Shown here: positions 1-12,167 of the stretch, piece by piece
Layout: each line of letters opens with the position of its first letter
How positions within the stretch are numbered: position 1 is the stretch's first letter
Assembly (NCBI RefSeq): GCF_023055435.1
Contig: NW_025963835.1
Coordinates: 22,134,001-22,198,000 of the forward strand
Direction: 5' to 3'
Origin: Haliotis rufescens
Taxonomy: Eukaryota
Length of the DNA stretch: 64,000 bases
Notes under the pieces: generated by a model
What the model saw: the letters and a program-made list of their open reading frames with translations, nothing else
The model's database searches: none
What the model was told of the DNA's origin: nothing
Position numbers and translations under genes: made by a program

Positions 1-229
1 ATTGTATCATATATATCGACCACCATTCATTGGCCCTCGGGATGGCATGGGGGTCTCGGTTTGATATGAGGTGTTACATGAAAAATGCCATGTAAAAACT
101 CGAGTTTCCACTGACACTGGTAATATGAATTCATTTATCAATTTGCTGCAGCTGTGCGCATATTCGACTACAAGAGTTTTTGTTTTGTCTGTGCATATAC
201 GTGCCTGGTTGCATCCACGCCACACCACA

Positions 230-424
230 AGGTGTGTTTACAGCTGACCTATTTACCATTGTATGAGACTGCACACACCATACGAGGTAGTCATGTCTTT
301 CAAGTTGTTATAATAACCAAAGTAGCAACTGCGCGTGTGCAGAAAGGCTTAGGTGGAGTGGTGTCTGTGTACGTGTATGTAGACGCCTTCTGTACATCTC
401 TCTGTGTCATTTCTCTTAATTAAG
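230..424 (+). promoter_or_regulatory. Putative promoter / non-coding first exon of copy A (donor AAG|gtaaga at 424)
   Basis: Block conserved upstream of B and the more distant C, including TGCGCGTGTGCAG and the donor. The coding exon starts just after an acceptor, so an upstream exon is needed. Confidence 0.55.
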
Positions 425-1589
425 GTAAGAAAGTTAATCAGTCTGTTGTTTATGACGTGTTGCTGTGTCAGGATCACAGAACGTATGTAATGCAGCAGCG
501 TTTATGTTGGAGTAGTGATTATATAAAGTTGATGTGAATGTCGAGTTACTTCCTGCTTGTTTTCAACATCTGAATGATATAGGTCGCGTAACATTTGTTA
601 CTCAATGACAGACGCAAGAAGCATGAAATGTCGCTGTACCCATTTTTATACAGAATATAAAATTAAGGTTACATATGTTTCACAATGTCACTTGATGAGT
701 GTTGTTAGTGCTGCCTGTCCATGTTGATGGCAACTGTCACCGGGTCGTAAAACCAGTCTGGTCACATTCTTGAGATTTACTGCGTCGTCACCGTTCGACA
801 AACAGCTTCCCTTTCCCTAATATGCCCGGTGTCGCCACCCTTTAATATTGACAGTAGCGGTTGACTTCGCCAAGGTGAACACTACCAAGCTTACTGTCGT
901 TCATTTCCCGACGAACGTCAGTATGTCACATGATTACGTTGTCAATCGCGCGGAGACATACAGAACTACTTTAGGGGAATTCCTCAATGTAAAAAAATAA
1001 CATTAAAAAATAATTAGGGAAAACTGAGAGCAACATCGATTGAATGATCACGGAATTTGCTTTATCTTCATCAGCTGATCAACGTCAACAAATACAACTT
1101 CAATCCTTAAGTTAAGTCGGGCGGATGCCATACTCCGGTGTCTTTACGTTCATTGTCAGGGAATCAGTGACCTGTAAATTTTAATTTCTAGTGGTTTAAA
1201 TCGCATACTTCTATCATCCGCCGGAGTTTGCCGAGAGGTGACGACGCAAAGGGCAATTAAGAGAGAGGTGAATGTTACGTTCACTAGACCGTGACTAGAC
1301 TGGTTTTAAGACCCGTTGACATCAACACACGGATATAACAAATCTTTCTGACATTTTGATAAACCACATGATGGGAACATTCAGTGAAGCTTCTTTTTCA
1401 AATTTAAGCATTTGTGTAAGACCTGCCCACTTGGTTAAGTACACACTACTTCACTATACGACATGCTGTATGTAAGCAGTGTACTGCCCTACCTTTCTAT
1501 GGCATGGAGTATTTCTTTTATGAAAGGAGCTTCTGTGCATGAACATTCATTGAGTACACTCAAACTCATATATGTACGAGTTCATGCCA

Positions 1590-2052
1590 CCGAACAGTAT
1601 TCCATTTATATCACGACGTGTCTGCTTAATGTGGGAGGAAACCCACGAACACGGGTATGTTGCTGGCATACCTAAAAACATAATCAGGGCGAAGCGGGAT
1701 TCGAAAAAAACGATCATGACTAAGGGACACAACTGTGTACAGTGAAAACCGGTGCCTTAGACGACTGGGCCACCCGTGTCCTCCATACATGTACTTGTGG
1801 TTCGACCTTTGCTATTGTTATTCCCGAGGTGATATGGGACACAGGCTGCTCAGCTCTCCACATTGCTGAAACCAGGATCGGCGGTTCGAATCCAATATTT
1901 GCTCCTGTTTTGATTCTAAGTTTGTCAGCACCCCTTTCATGCACGTGAGTTTCTCTATTGGGTACGTTACTTCGAGCTTTCCTCCCAAATTAAGCTGACA
2001 TGTCGGTAAATACTTGAACTACAGTGAGCAGAGTAAGCCAAACATCACTCTC
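1590..2052. mobile_element. Head-to-head pair of family-3-like SINEs in intron 1 of A (also 28926-29402 in B)
   Basis: Minus copy ~1590-1782 and plus copy ~1835-2052, each with a B box and the TTCCTCCCA-ATTAAGC segment. Confidence 0.65.
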
Positions 2053-2346
2053 ACATGGGTTAAAATAATACATCGCTTTACACATAGCAAAAGTGATATA
2101 CCCGAAAGAGAAACATGTATATGAGGAGGGGAATTCTGAATCCTAGTCTGTAACATTCGTGTGAAGTGATGAGATGCGTATGTGTAGGTGGGAGTCTACA
2201 TGTATGCTTCGGGAAATTGATCACATATATAAGCACTGTCTCACGACACTTTCAAATTCATAATATATGTTGAAATCCATCACAATGAAAGAAATTGATT
2301 CCATTTAATTTAACATGGTCGTGATGATTGTCTTTTGCCAGACATC

Positions 2347-3520
2347 ATGTCGGATCTTGTCTCAGTTGCTGCGATCAAGGATCTTCTGACAGAGTGCCCA
2401 ATATGTATAGAACACTTTGATGACGCAACACGAATTCCTCGTCGTATGCCATGTTGCGTACAGTCCATATGTCAGCCCTGTCTGGAAAGCTACAGTGGAG
2501 GTGCTGCAACCCTATCCTGCCCCATGTGTCGACGGCGACATAATCTGCCTGGTGGGGTGAAATCTCTGCCCAAAGAGACTGTCATCCTGAAGACTCTGGA
2601 CTACCTCAAGATCCAGAAAGGTCTCCATCTGCCATGTACAGATTGCCCTGACAAGGAAATAGCTGTAGCTCAGTGTGACAACTGTGGAACATTTTTATGT
2701 TCCATTTGCTTAAGTGCCCATAAACGGAATACGGTATCAAAGACCCACACTATAAATACATTTGATGAAATGAAGGGCCGACCTCTACAGAGTTTTCGTC
2801 GTCTACATCAGTGTAGTCAGCACCAACAACCTGTACAGTTCTACTGCTACACTTGTGACAAAGTCGTCTGTGTGTCCTGCACTGTAGTAGATCACAAAGA
2901 AGGGAAGGGACACAACGTCGTGTCCGTGAATGAAGCACACCAAGGAAAGGCGAAGTCCATAAATGATGTTTTAGGAAAGATAGAAGAGAAGACAAAGAGA
3001 CTGAGCGAAACGGAGTCAGCCCTTCAAAAGAAGATAGAGAACATCAAATTGTCAATGAAGGTAGCAAGAGATGATATCAATAAAATCTTTGACAACCTGA
3101 AGGATAGGCTGAATCAAAGAAGAACAATCCTTCTATCAGATGTTGAGGGGAAATCTGCTGAGAATCTGAAGGTTACAGAGGAGGCCTTGGATTCGACAAG
3201 ACTACTGCTGACTAAAGTGAAATCTTCTTCCGAATACATGCGACAGATGCGCAACAAAGCTGACAAGGTAGAAGATCTTCAAGTAATGGGATCATCTAAG
3301 GCATCTTTGAACTCCATGTTGAAGGAGTCACCACAGGAAATACCCTTTGACAGGACTGGAGTCAGCTTTGTTCAAGCAAACGTACAACATCTGCAGAATA
3401 CTATCAATGTGGCAGGAATGGTCAGATCAGTCACGTTCTCCCCAACAGAGAGGCCGAATGGTATCCCAGATACTGCAGTACACAACGTCATCACACTGGA
3501 ACCTGCAGAGTTCCCTACAG
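2347..3520 (+). CDS. TRIM copy A, coding exon 1: RING, B-box1, B-box2, coiled coil
   Basis: Acceptor ttttgccag just before ACATC-ATG(2347). RING CPIC..CC..CQPC..CPMC; B-box1 CTDC..CDNC..CSIC..H..H; B-box2 CSQH..CYTC..CVSC..H..H; then a heptad-rich helix. Phase-1 donor ACAG|gtaggt at 3520. Confidence 0.92.
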
Positions 3521-3775
3521 GTAGGTAGTAAACTATTACATATTGTTCATCTATTTATCATGTGTGCAGCTACCTCCTATGTATTGAATCCTAGAAGGGA
3601 CACTGTCGCGTTGTCAGATTGTCGCCCTTACAACAATATAGTTCATATATCGTTATTGTCTGTGTCGTTTTTCATAAACCAAATGTGTCTTCACAGCAAG
3701 AAACAACGTTGCTATTTCTATTCAATTTAATTCTGGTCTCAGAACGGCCCTGTCGTTTGCGTCTTTTACAAATGT

Positions 3776-3945
3776 GAGTGAGTGAATGCGTAAGGTTTTA
3801 CGTTGCTTTTAGCAATATTCCAGCAATATCACGGCGGGGGGACACCAAAAATGGGCTTCATACATTGTACCCATGTCGGGAATCGAACCCGGGCCTTCAG
3901 CGTGACGAGCGAACCCTTCAGCCACGAGTCTACCCGACTGCCCCC
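3776..3945 (-). mobile_element. tRNA-derived SINE, family 1
   Basis: A/B-box head (GGTTCGATTCC), (ACTC)n tail, TSD ttacaaatgt. Confidence 0.85.
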
Positions 3946-4332
3946 TTACAAATGTAGAAGTACCAAAAAACTGTGATCGTGGAATTGAACCCCAGAACCA
4001 TACACTCAGGGATTTCCTGACACGCTGTAAAATAACTGTAATTTAGTTCAAAGCGGCGTTAAACCACAGGTCACGTTAGTCACGGGGAGTCCTTGGATGG
4101 GTGACTGTGTTCGGCTGCTTGGCTCCTTAGAGTTTCTAGGGCTTCGGTCCTGCCCAACGCTGAAGCACATGCACATGTGGTGCCTCTTTGGGCAAGGAAA
4201 TTCTTCTCACTTTATCAGCTTGTCGTCATGATATTTGATAACTGGTCATCATGTAACTTGTGTGATATCTTGACAGCGTAAATTGTAAGTTATTCTTTAT
4301 GATGTTACTACTTCGAAGACATTGAATATGTA

Positions 4333-6388
4333 TACTGAAAGGCAAAAGAAACGTCACTTCTGAAAATACTGATAAAACTTAACAGACACTGGCAGTGACA
4401 TGTTCTGTGGTCAATAAACTCATTTATCGTTCTACTGCTTCTTTTTGTTGCCTTAAAGTCCATTTAACAATTGAGTGTAAAATGGAGTGCTTTGCCCAAA
4501 CGCAGCCTACAAAAGTGCAATGGGACTCAGTTGCGGAAAATTCTTGTCAAAAACATGATGCACGTGCATATCGTGGATGGTATGGGTATAAAAGAAAATC
4601 AAAACTGGCTTTCGTTATTTCGATTAATCAGCTATGCCAAGATTATCAGGAAATGAGAGGCAACAAGCGATCGGAAGACTGCAAGCAGGCCAGAGTGCAC
4701 AGATCGTTGCACATGCATTCAATGTCAACGTCAGAACGATATATCGTTTGCAACATCGCCAAAACATCACCACCGACGACCGACGACCGACCGCGTAGTG
4801 GTCGTCCTTGAGTCACTATTCCCAGAGAAGATACGCCAAAATCTGCAGAATCGATTCCGAAAGGCCACTGAAACAGCTCGGCAAACCTTTGGCAACCACC
4901 AGCGTGCCATCAGTGATCGTACAGTCCGGCGTCATCTAACTGCCAACAACATCTCGTGCCACCGTCCTGCTCGTGTACCCATCCTGAGAGATCGTCACCG
5001 ACAGGCCCGACTGCATTGGGCCAGGCAGCATCAAAATTGGCGTCAACAGCAATGGAGAAGAATCATCTTCACTAATGAAAGTCGCTACTGTGTTTCAACG
5101 GTGGATGGCAGAGTCAGGGTCTGGCGAAAGAGGGGCTAACGTTATGCTGATGCTTGTGTTATGGAACGAGACCCGCGGGGCGGCCCAAGCATCATGGTTT
5201 GGGTGGAATCGGACAGAACTTTTTTTGCCCGTCATCAAAACCACACCTTTCAGCGAGACAACGTCCGTCCCCACACTTCCAGAGTCACCAGGGACTTCCT
5301 CCAGCAGCACAACATCCAAATCATGCCTTGGCCTGCCCTCAGTCCGGATTAGAATCCCATTGAACTCTTGTGGGATGAGATCCAACGCCGACCCAACGAC
5401 GTACGCCTAAGGCCGTCAACTGCAGCAGAACTGCGGGTAGCGTTCCTGAGGATATGGGCCCATATCCCCATATTAATGGCCTTCATCAACAGGCTAGTCC
5501 ACTGCATGTACAAGAGAAGTGTGGCTATAGTCAACGCCCGTGGTGGCCACACCAGGTACTGATTTTGAACCCCCCGGCTATGATGTCTTTTGTTGCCTCC
5601 CCAAATTCACAATTCGCAAAAACCTTCCCCAGACTGTGGGTCAAACACTGACTTTCTCCGACGAGATCATCGGCCCTGTTGTTCTACCGCTTTTGCGTCG
5701 TCATGGCCCAGGCATTACCTTTCCTCGTGACAAGGCCCGGCCTCAAATTGCTCGACTTGTTCGATATTCTGTTCAACAAAACAACGTGTATGTCATCCCC
5801 TGGATCGGCGCCTTCAACGTCAACCACGTGTTCCACAGACGCTCCAGGAACATATTCCAGCAAACATGGACAGATATCCCACAGGACTTCCAAGAGACAA
5901 AGATGTGTTGCTTGCATCGCCACCAGAGGTGGACACACACGCTATTGATGTGTAAGTTGACATTTTGGCATGTTCATGGTTTTTTTTATGAAATCACGCA
6001 TTTTCTGAAGTCAGTATGGCAAATTAAACCATTTGAATTCTTACAGGAGTCTTTTATCTGTTGGAAACCGAAATTGTTTCAGATTTGGTAAAAAACATAA
6101 CTTTGCATTAAATCTTATTCAATTGAAGGGAGCACGGGTGGCCCAGTCGTCTAAGGAGCCGCGATTCGCTGTGCAGAGTTGTGGGTTCGAAACCCGGTTC
6201 GCCCCGATTATGTTTCTTGGTTTGTCAGCACCATACCCGTGCTCGTTGGTTTCACCGAAGACCTGCATCACATCGGGCTTTCCTCCCACATGAAGCTGAC
6301 ACGCCGTGATATAACTGGAACTGTTAAATGCGGCGTAAAACACAACTCACTCACTATTCAATGTCACAAGATCTTTTGTTATTCAGTA
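4333..6388 (+). mobile_element. Degenerate Tc1/mariner (DD34E-like) element with an inserted SINE
   Basis: TA|TACTGAAAGGCAAAAGA ... TCTTTTGTTATTCAGTA|TA. Broken transposase with RSGRP, IFTNES, FQRDN..PH, WPALSPD*NPIE, GGHTRY. Confidence 0.85.
6128..6354 (+). mobile_element. SINE family 3, inside the Tc1 element
   Basis: Matches 59464-59747 with internal deletions. Confidence 0.8.
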
Positions 6389-6708
6389 TAACTCCACAAG
6401 ACTGTTTCACAACGGGGGTGATTCCAACTTTCCAACTTTCCAAAAGTGAACTTCCCCTTTGTGAAGAGCAGTATTCCAACACCGACGTTTCAGCATTTTA
6501 AGGTTACACTGGTGGATGTTCTTTCTCCATATTCCATATCCAATGGCAAACATTCCTGGAGTTGCGCCCCCTTGCCCGCTTGGCGGCGCTGCGGTAGTTA
6601 CGGTCCAACATTCATCGTAGTATCCGCGGGAATATATAAACTTCAGTCGACATTGACCCACTTGCTTTTCTGTAAACAGCCGGTAGTACTTGAAGGCCTA
6701 TTTCTATC

Positions 6709-9700
6709 ATGAATTACGGAAGCTGGAAGTTGCCCAAACTGAAGACTGAGCCCAAAGCACGAGGTGCTCGAGTGTCAGGAAGAAAAATCGATCTGATAGA
6801 ACGGTAAGTTTCTGATATTGCTATTTCTCGGCTTTTCTTACTGAGCAGTTATTTTATAAGATTGTAACAGTAACTATTCCCCATTTTGTCACTTTACACA
6901 GTGCAATATTGGTATCATGGTCATTGGTAGAACATATGTTTAGTTTAGACAACTGAGATCTCTAAACAAATAACGTAAGCACCGACGCGATAATGCCGAC
7001 AACATAAGTGCTTCAGTTTTCGTTCACGTAAACAACATGCCCCCATTGCTAAGGACGCTTTGAGATGCACTGACAAGGGAAAGAGCGGTGACCACGGATC
7101 TTGTACGGAAGGTAAGTGTCAGTCACAATAATTTATTCTTCGAATTAATGACTCACTGGCAGTGTGCAAAATATTACACCCTTTTACATGCGGTTGGGAT
7201 AACTTCCGGTTTATAGATTCTATAATTATTTGGGCAATCATTCAATAATACATCGTTCTTCGATACGAAAATACATAGTAAATTTAAGCAGAGATAGTAT
7301 CTTGGAAGCGCTCTAAGGACTGCATCGCGTTTAACTCACCAACCCCCACACAATCAATGTAACATTTTCTCCTATCTCCCCCACCTCCCAATAAATGACA
7401 AGTCCCCAAAAATGTATCTTAAATAATCATAATGCCCCCGTCCCTTTCTTCGTTGCTATACACATATTTTGAATTTTGATTCATCTGTGGCCAAAACATG
7501 ATGTAACAAAGCGTGAGGTAGGTACTGAAATATTTGTAAAACATTAAAAATTGCTTGAGCTCTGCACCATCCGATGGCTGAAGAAAGGCTGAGGGTTATC
7601 AAGTTCATCGTCCTTTACAGTGAGTGCCTTTTAGATTTTCATATAGTTTTATTCATTTTAGCAAGTGTGATTGGTTCACACATTTATTATTTCCTCAGTG
7701 TGAAAGGTACACACATCTATTATTAAAGCCAGAAGTTTAAAAGGTTCACACATTTATTAGGGCTGAAACGATACATTGGTGCACTGGTGCATCAAGTTTT
7801 CATGCATGATACACAGTACTTTTTTACACTTGCTAAATTAAGTTTCTTACTACTTGTTTTATGACACCCAAGTGTCAGTCAAGTACTGCAAATATGATGT
7901 AATTAGCATTTCAAATTCACTACTAGAAATTTACTTTTGAACCTGCTCTGAAATATTTAGTCAAGAAGTTTCAACACAATTTGACATAAAAATGTGACCT
8001 TATGTACTGTGATGTGACCTCCCTGTACGTATCGTTTCACCTAGAACATTTATTTCATCCTCAAGTGTGAAAGGTTCACACATTTTTTATTTCATCCACA
8101 GGTGTGAAAGGTTCACACATTTATTATTTCATCCACAGGTGTGAAAGGTTCACACATTTATTATTTCATCCACAGGTGTGAAAGGTTCACACATTTATTA
8201 TTTCTTCACCAGTATGATGGGTCCATACTTTGATGTGCATAACAGCGTTTATATTTCTAATATTAAAATTAGATGTAATGAAGCCTTTGAATGGTAGTCT
8301 AACAGAGTAATCTTTAGACATGGGTTCGATTCCGGTCGAAGGCAAACACATCAAGAATCCTTATTCACAGCATGTATTTTTATTTTGTGACACAATGTCT
8401 TATTCTTGTGATAAAATTAATATCCGTATTATTATATGTTGTTTGTTTTCTAACAAAAAATTTATATACAATTACTGTAGTGCAAGTAAAGATATTATTA
8501 CTGTACAAAAGTCAAGTTTTAGTACTGATAACAATGCAGAGATGGCTTAAGCTTCCTTACTGACAGAAATACTGATTTGTTGACTTTGGAGTTACAGGGA
8601 TCTGTTCTTAAAATAATTGTACTTTTTGACAAAATGGAAACTAACACATTTGTGTACTCCAAAAATAATTTAATAGTCCATATATTTTACAGTGATTTTT
8701 TTTCAATTAGGTTTTTTCTTTTACAGTTGTTTATTTCAAATGTTTTTCAGACTAGAGAGCTATGACCGAAACTGCAATTTTGGGAGAGAGCCAGAACTTG
8801 AAGCTGAGTTTGAAATGACACTGCCCCTAGTTGAAACTTATAGGGATGTAAATGGTGACAGTCATCTTCCTTTTTTAGCATATGAAGCTATAAATTATTA
8901 CTTACAGCCTTTTCAGAAGAAACTTGGTTCAAGTTCAAAGAATCTGTACACTAGTAGGTTTTTGAAATTTTTTCGTTATTCAAAACCTAGTAACATGTGT
9001 TTCCTGAAGTCTGAGTGCTGTCTGATGTGACTTACAAAGTCGATATTGCAATTGATGACGATGGTTCTGTTGTGGAGGGGCAGTGTGAGTGTGCTGCAGG
9101 CCAGGGTCCATCAGGACATTGCAAACATATTTGTGCAGAGTTATATGCTATGCACAAGTTTTCAACAACTGGCGATGTTTTAACTGAAGAAACATGTACT
9201 CAAAGATTGCAAACATTTCATAAAAGTAAACCCTATAAAGGCAGTCCCATAAAGGCGACTGACCTTGATTTATGCAACAGTGAATTGAATGTTATATTTG
9301 ACCCACGACCAGTTCAGTATCGCAAAGTGCCAAATTACCCTGACTTTTTCCGCAATGTTTTGTTGAACCACCCTAGTGTCAATACATTTCCAGTTGCTCA
9401 AATGTTTCCTCCAGCAAATCCATTTGCTGTTAATCATGATCATGATTTTCTTAAGTTATCTTTAGCTGACCAATACCTGAAATCCCAGAATATATCAGAA
9501 ATATCAGATATGGACAAAACCAACCTTGAAATAATAACCCGTAAACAGTCAAAGAGCGAGGAATGGAAAACTGAACACACACAGAGAATTTCTTCTTCCA
9601 ATTTTAGGAAAATTTGTTTGGTAACAGACAAAACTGATTTTCATAAACTTGCTAGATCAATGACTAAGCCTTTCGAGGACATTCAAAGTCCACCACTTAG

Positions 9701-10172
9701 ACATGGCAGAAAATATGAAAAGGTGGCAATAAAAGCTTTTGAAAAGTCAAGTGGTTTCAAAACCTCACCATGTGGCATGTTTGTGTCAGATGTTCATCCA
9801 TTTCTCGCAGCTACACCAGATTCACTTCTCGGTGATGATACTACCATTGAAGTGAAATGTCCATTTGCATCTAAAGACCGTCTAATCTCTGAGATAACTG
9901 TTCCCTATTTGAAGGTATCTGAGGGAAAACTTACCCTTGACAAAAGCAAGCCATATTTCTTTCAATTGCAAAGGCAGCTCTACTGTACTGGTAGAAAACA
10001 GTGCATTTGTATTGTATACACGATGAAGGATTTGAAATATTTTACTGTATCTCGAGATGACCATTTCATTGAATCTATGGTTGAAAAACTTGTGGCATTT
10101 ATGACACCTTTTTTCAAAAAGGCACTACTTGACAAATTCTATTTCAGAGATTATGACAGGTATTCCTGGTAA
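6709..10172 (+). pseudogene. ISL2EU ORF2: SAP - SWIM Zn finger - YqaJ (lambda-exonuclease-like); exons 6709-6803 and 8751-10172; frameshift near 9015
   Basis: Exon 1 WKLPKLKTEPKARGARVSGRKIDLIER splices in phase 2 to LESYDRN. SWIM CECAAG..CKH. YqaJ motifs RISSSNF, HGRKYE, ATPDSL, IEVKCP, YFFQLQ. Confidence 0.85.
8065..8212. repeat. 37-bp tandem repeat (4 units) with internal hairpin GTGTGAA-AGG-TTCACAC; degenerate units at 7665-7760
   Basis: Units start at 8065, 8102, 8139 and 8176. Confidence 0.9.
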
Positions 10173-12167
10173 ATTTCAGTTACTGCTGATACTCATGTGT
10201 CAATGGTCATCAGCCCTATAAACAAGAAAGACAGAATTGTAGTCTCAATGTTTAATGCTGAACATATTATATTCTGCATATATGGACATTCACAAACAAA
10301 AAGTTATGAAAAAACTTGCAGGGCTCCATTTAAGGATGATATTTCACCAGATGCATGTTGACGTGAAAAGAGTTGCATCAGACAAAACCAGGTTGAACTC
10401 TGGTCCCATACATTGATGCATTCACTTGTGTAAATAAATACAATCTCAGATGTTTATTAAGACATTTAGTACTTACTGTTACAGTACTATGTGACAATGG
10501 CAACCATCTCTTAATCACTCCAGTAGTTATAAGTTGGATAATCTAAATATCACAATGTACACACTGGTCCCATACATGGATGCATTCACTAGTCTAAATA
10601 AATACAATCTCAGATGTCAGTTCGTACTTACTGTTACAGTACTATATGACCAGGCACCTCATTATCAACTACTTGAAAGAAAAAATGGTCTTTAAAAAAA
10701 ATAAATCTAAATATGTATGTGAATCATTAATTGCCTGTTTTTAAATTTGATGTGATGCTATAATCAACTGACATCATTGCTGACTGGCTAGGTTTGAGCA
10801 CAACCACCAGTGGCTTAGTTAATGACATAAATCCTGCTGGGGTATCGTGCAGGAAGCAGAGGCACGGTAAGTCCCCATGATCCCCGGGTTTGGTTTCTGA
10901 TGGCCTATAACCCGTGTTTTAAAACTGTATAAATGATATTGTTATGTCCAAATGTGTATGAAAAAATGTTTTTAAATATACCTTTGCATTCATGAGTAAA
11001 TTGTGTATATCAACTTGGTCTCGTCGCTATATGGCTGAAATAGTATTGATGTGACATTAACTTTTAACTCCTTTTGTGACGATTGCAACCATCTGTTAAG
11101 TACTCCAGTAGTTAATAGTTGGAAGATCTAAATATAGATGAAGCTACAGTGCAATACATAATCACAATTCAGTGTCCATACTCATAAATATCATCACTGC
11201 TTGAAGCATACTCCTTCAGCTCTATATCTGAGGAATTACAACTGTCATGTGATTATTATCTGCAGCTGAACTGTTTGAGGGAATGATAAAAAAACATTGT
11301 CATTGACTTCTTTCTTGTCATGATTGCCTTTTATAACATCTGAGAGAGCTGAAGCAACAGCACTAAGATGTGCCAAATATCTGGACCGGTCTAGCTGCTG
11401 CCAGTATCATATGAAGAATACACAGCCATGGGACACAATAAATTACAATTTGTTTCTCAGTAAACATGTATCCATTGAAAAAATAATCGATATATGATCC
11501 AGAAATATACACTTCAACTTATTCAGATTTTAAGTTCGTGAAATAAAAGTAACCAGTATTTGGGTTTAATCCAAATTGCTGCCATGGAAAACAGGAAAGG
11601 GCACCAGTTCAACTTGTGTTTGATACATGTGCAAAGTTTCATAATAACATATGAAACAGTTTCCGAATTATGCTCGGACAAGAAATGTGTCTCTCCCACT
11701 TTGTGGCAGGGGATAATGTAACAGTACGCACCAAACAATGTCAACATTCTTAAATTCATGTTACTGATGTCATAAATTTAAAACAAACTCAGTGAGTGAG
11801 ATGGGTTTAACACCACATTGAACAGGAAGTTTAGCATTACATTATCATAATCTCTAATACTAACACATTTATGTTTGTACCTTGACAAAAGAGTATGATT
11901 GATTGTGGCTGCACAAATGGTAAATTTGCTTCAAACTTGCTTTTTGACCACAGATTCCCATTCTAGTCTCAACATGATACATAATCGATAACATGTTACA
12001 TTCAACTTTATCCTCATGAATATTTAGCAACAATTATCTTTAATCATGTAGCAAACGCAAATAACAGGCCTTTTTGAAAGAAATTAGAAACAAATCTCCA
12101 TACTCTGCGTCTGACTAACGTCCGCCTGGAATGAAAGATATTTTTAATAATTTGCTAACCAATATGA

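Noticed and set aside
2335-2346. ORF-track N-termini (MPDI.., MCVLFAGT.., MLYT..) as real starts
   Set aside because: They begin at non-ATG codons in intron sequence upstream of splice acceptors; the real ATGs are 2347, 29691, 55425 and 62244.
8065-8212. CRISPR-like array of palindromic repeats near a nuclease gene
   Set aside because: The units are contiguous with no unique spacers, there are no cas genes, and the context is an intron of a eukaryotic transposon.
9015-10172. Phage or bacterial YqaJ recombinase (horizontal transfer or contamination)
   Set aside because: The gene has a spliceosomal intron and SAP/SWIM domains, and lies inside TIRs with a Harbinger-like transposase, the normal ISL2EU layout.
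11560-11717. Helentron-associated (HINE-like) insertion inside ISL2EU
   Set aside because: The resemblance rests on one terminus and general composition; the other end could not be defined.
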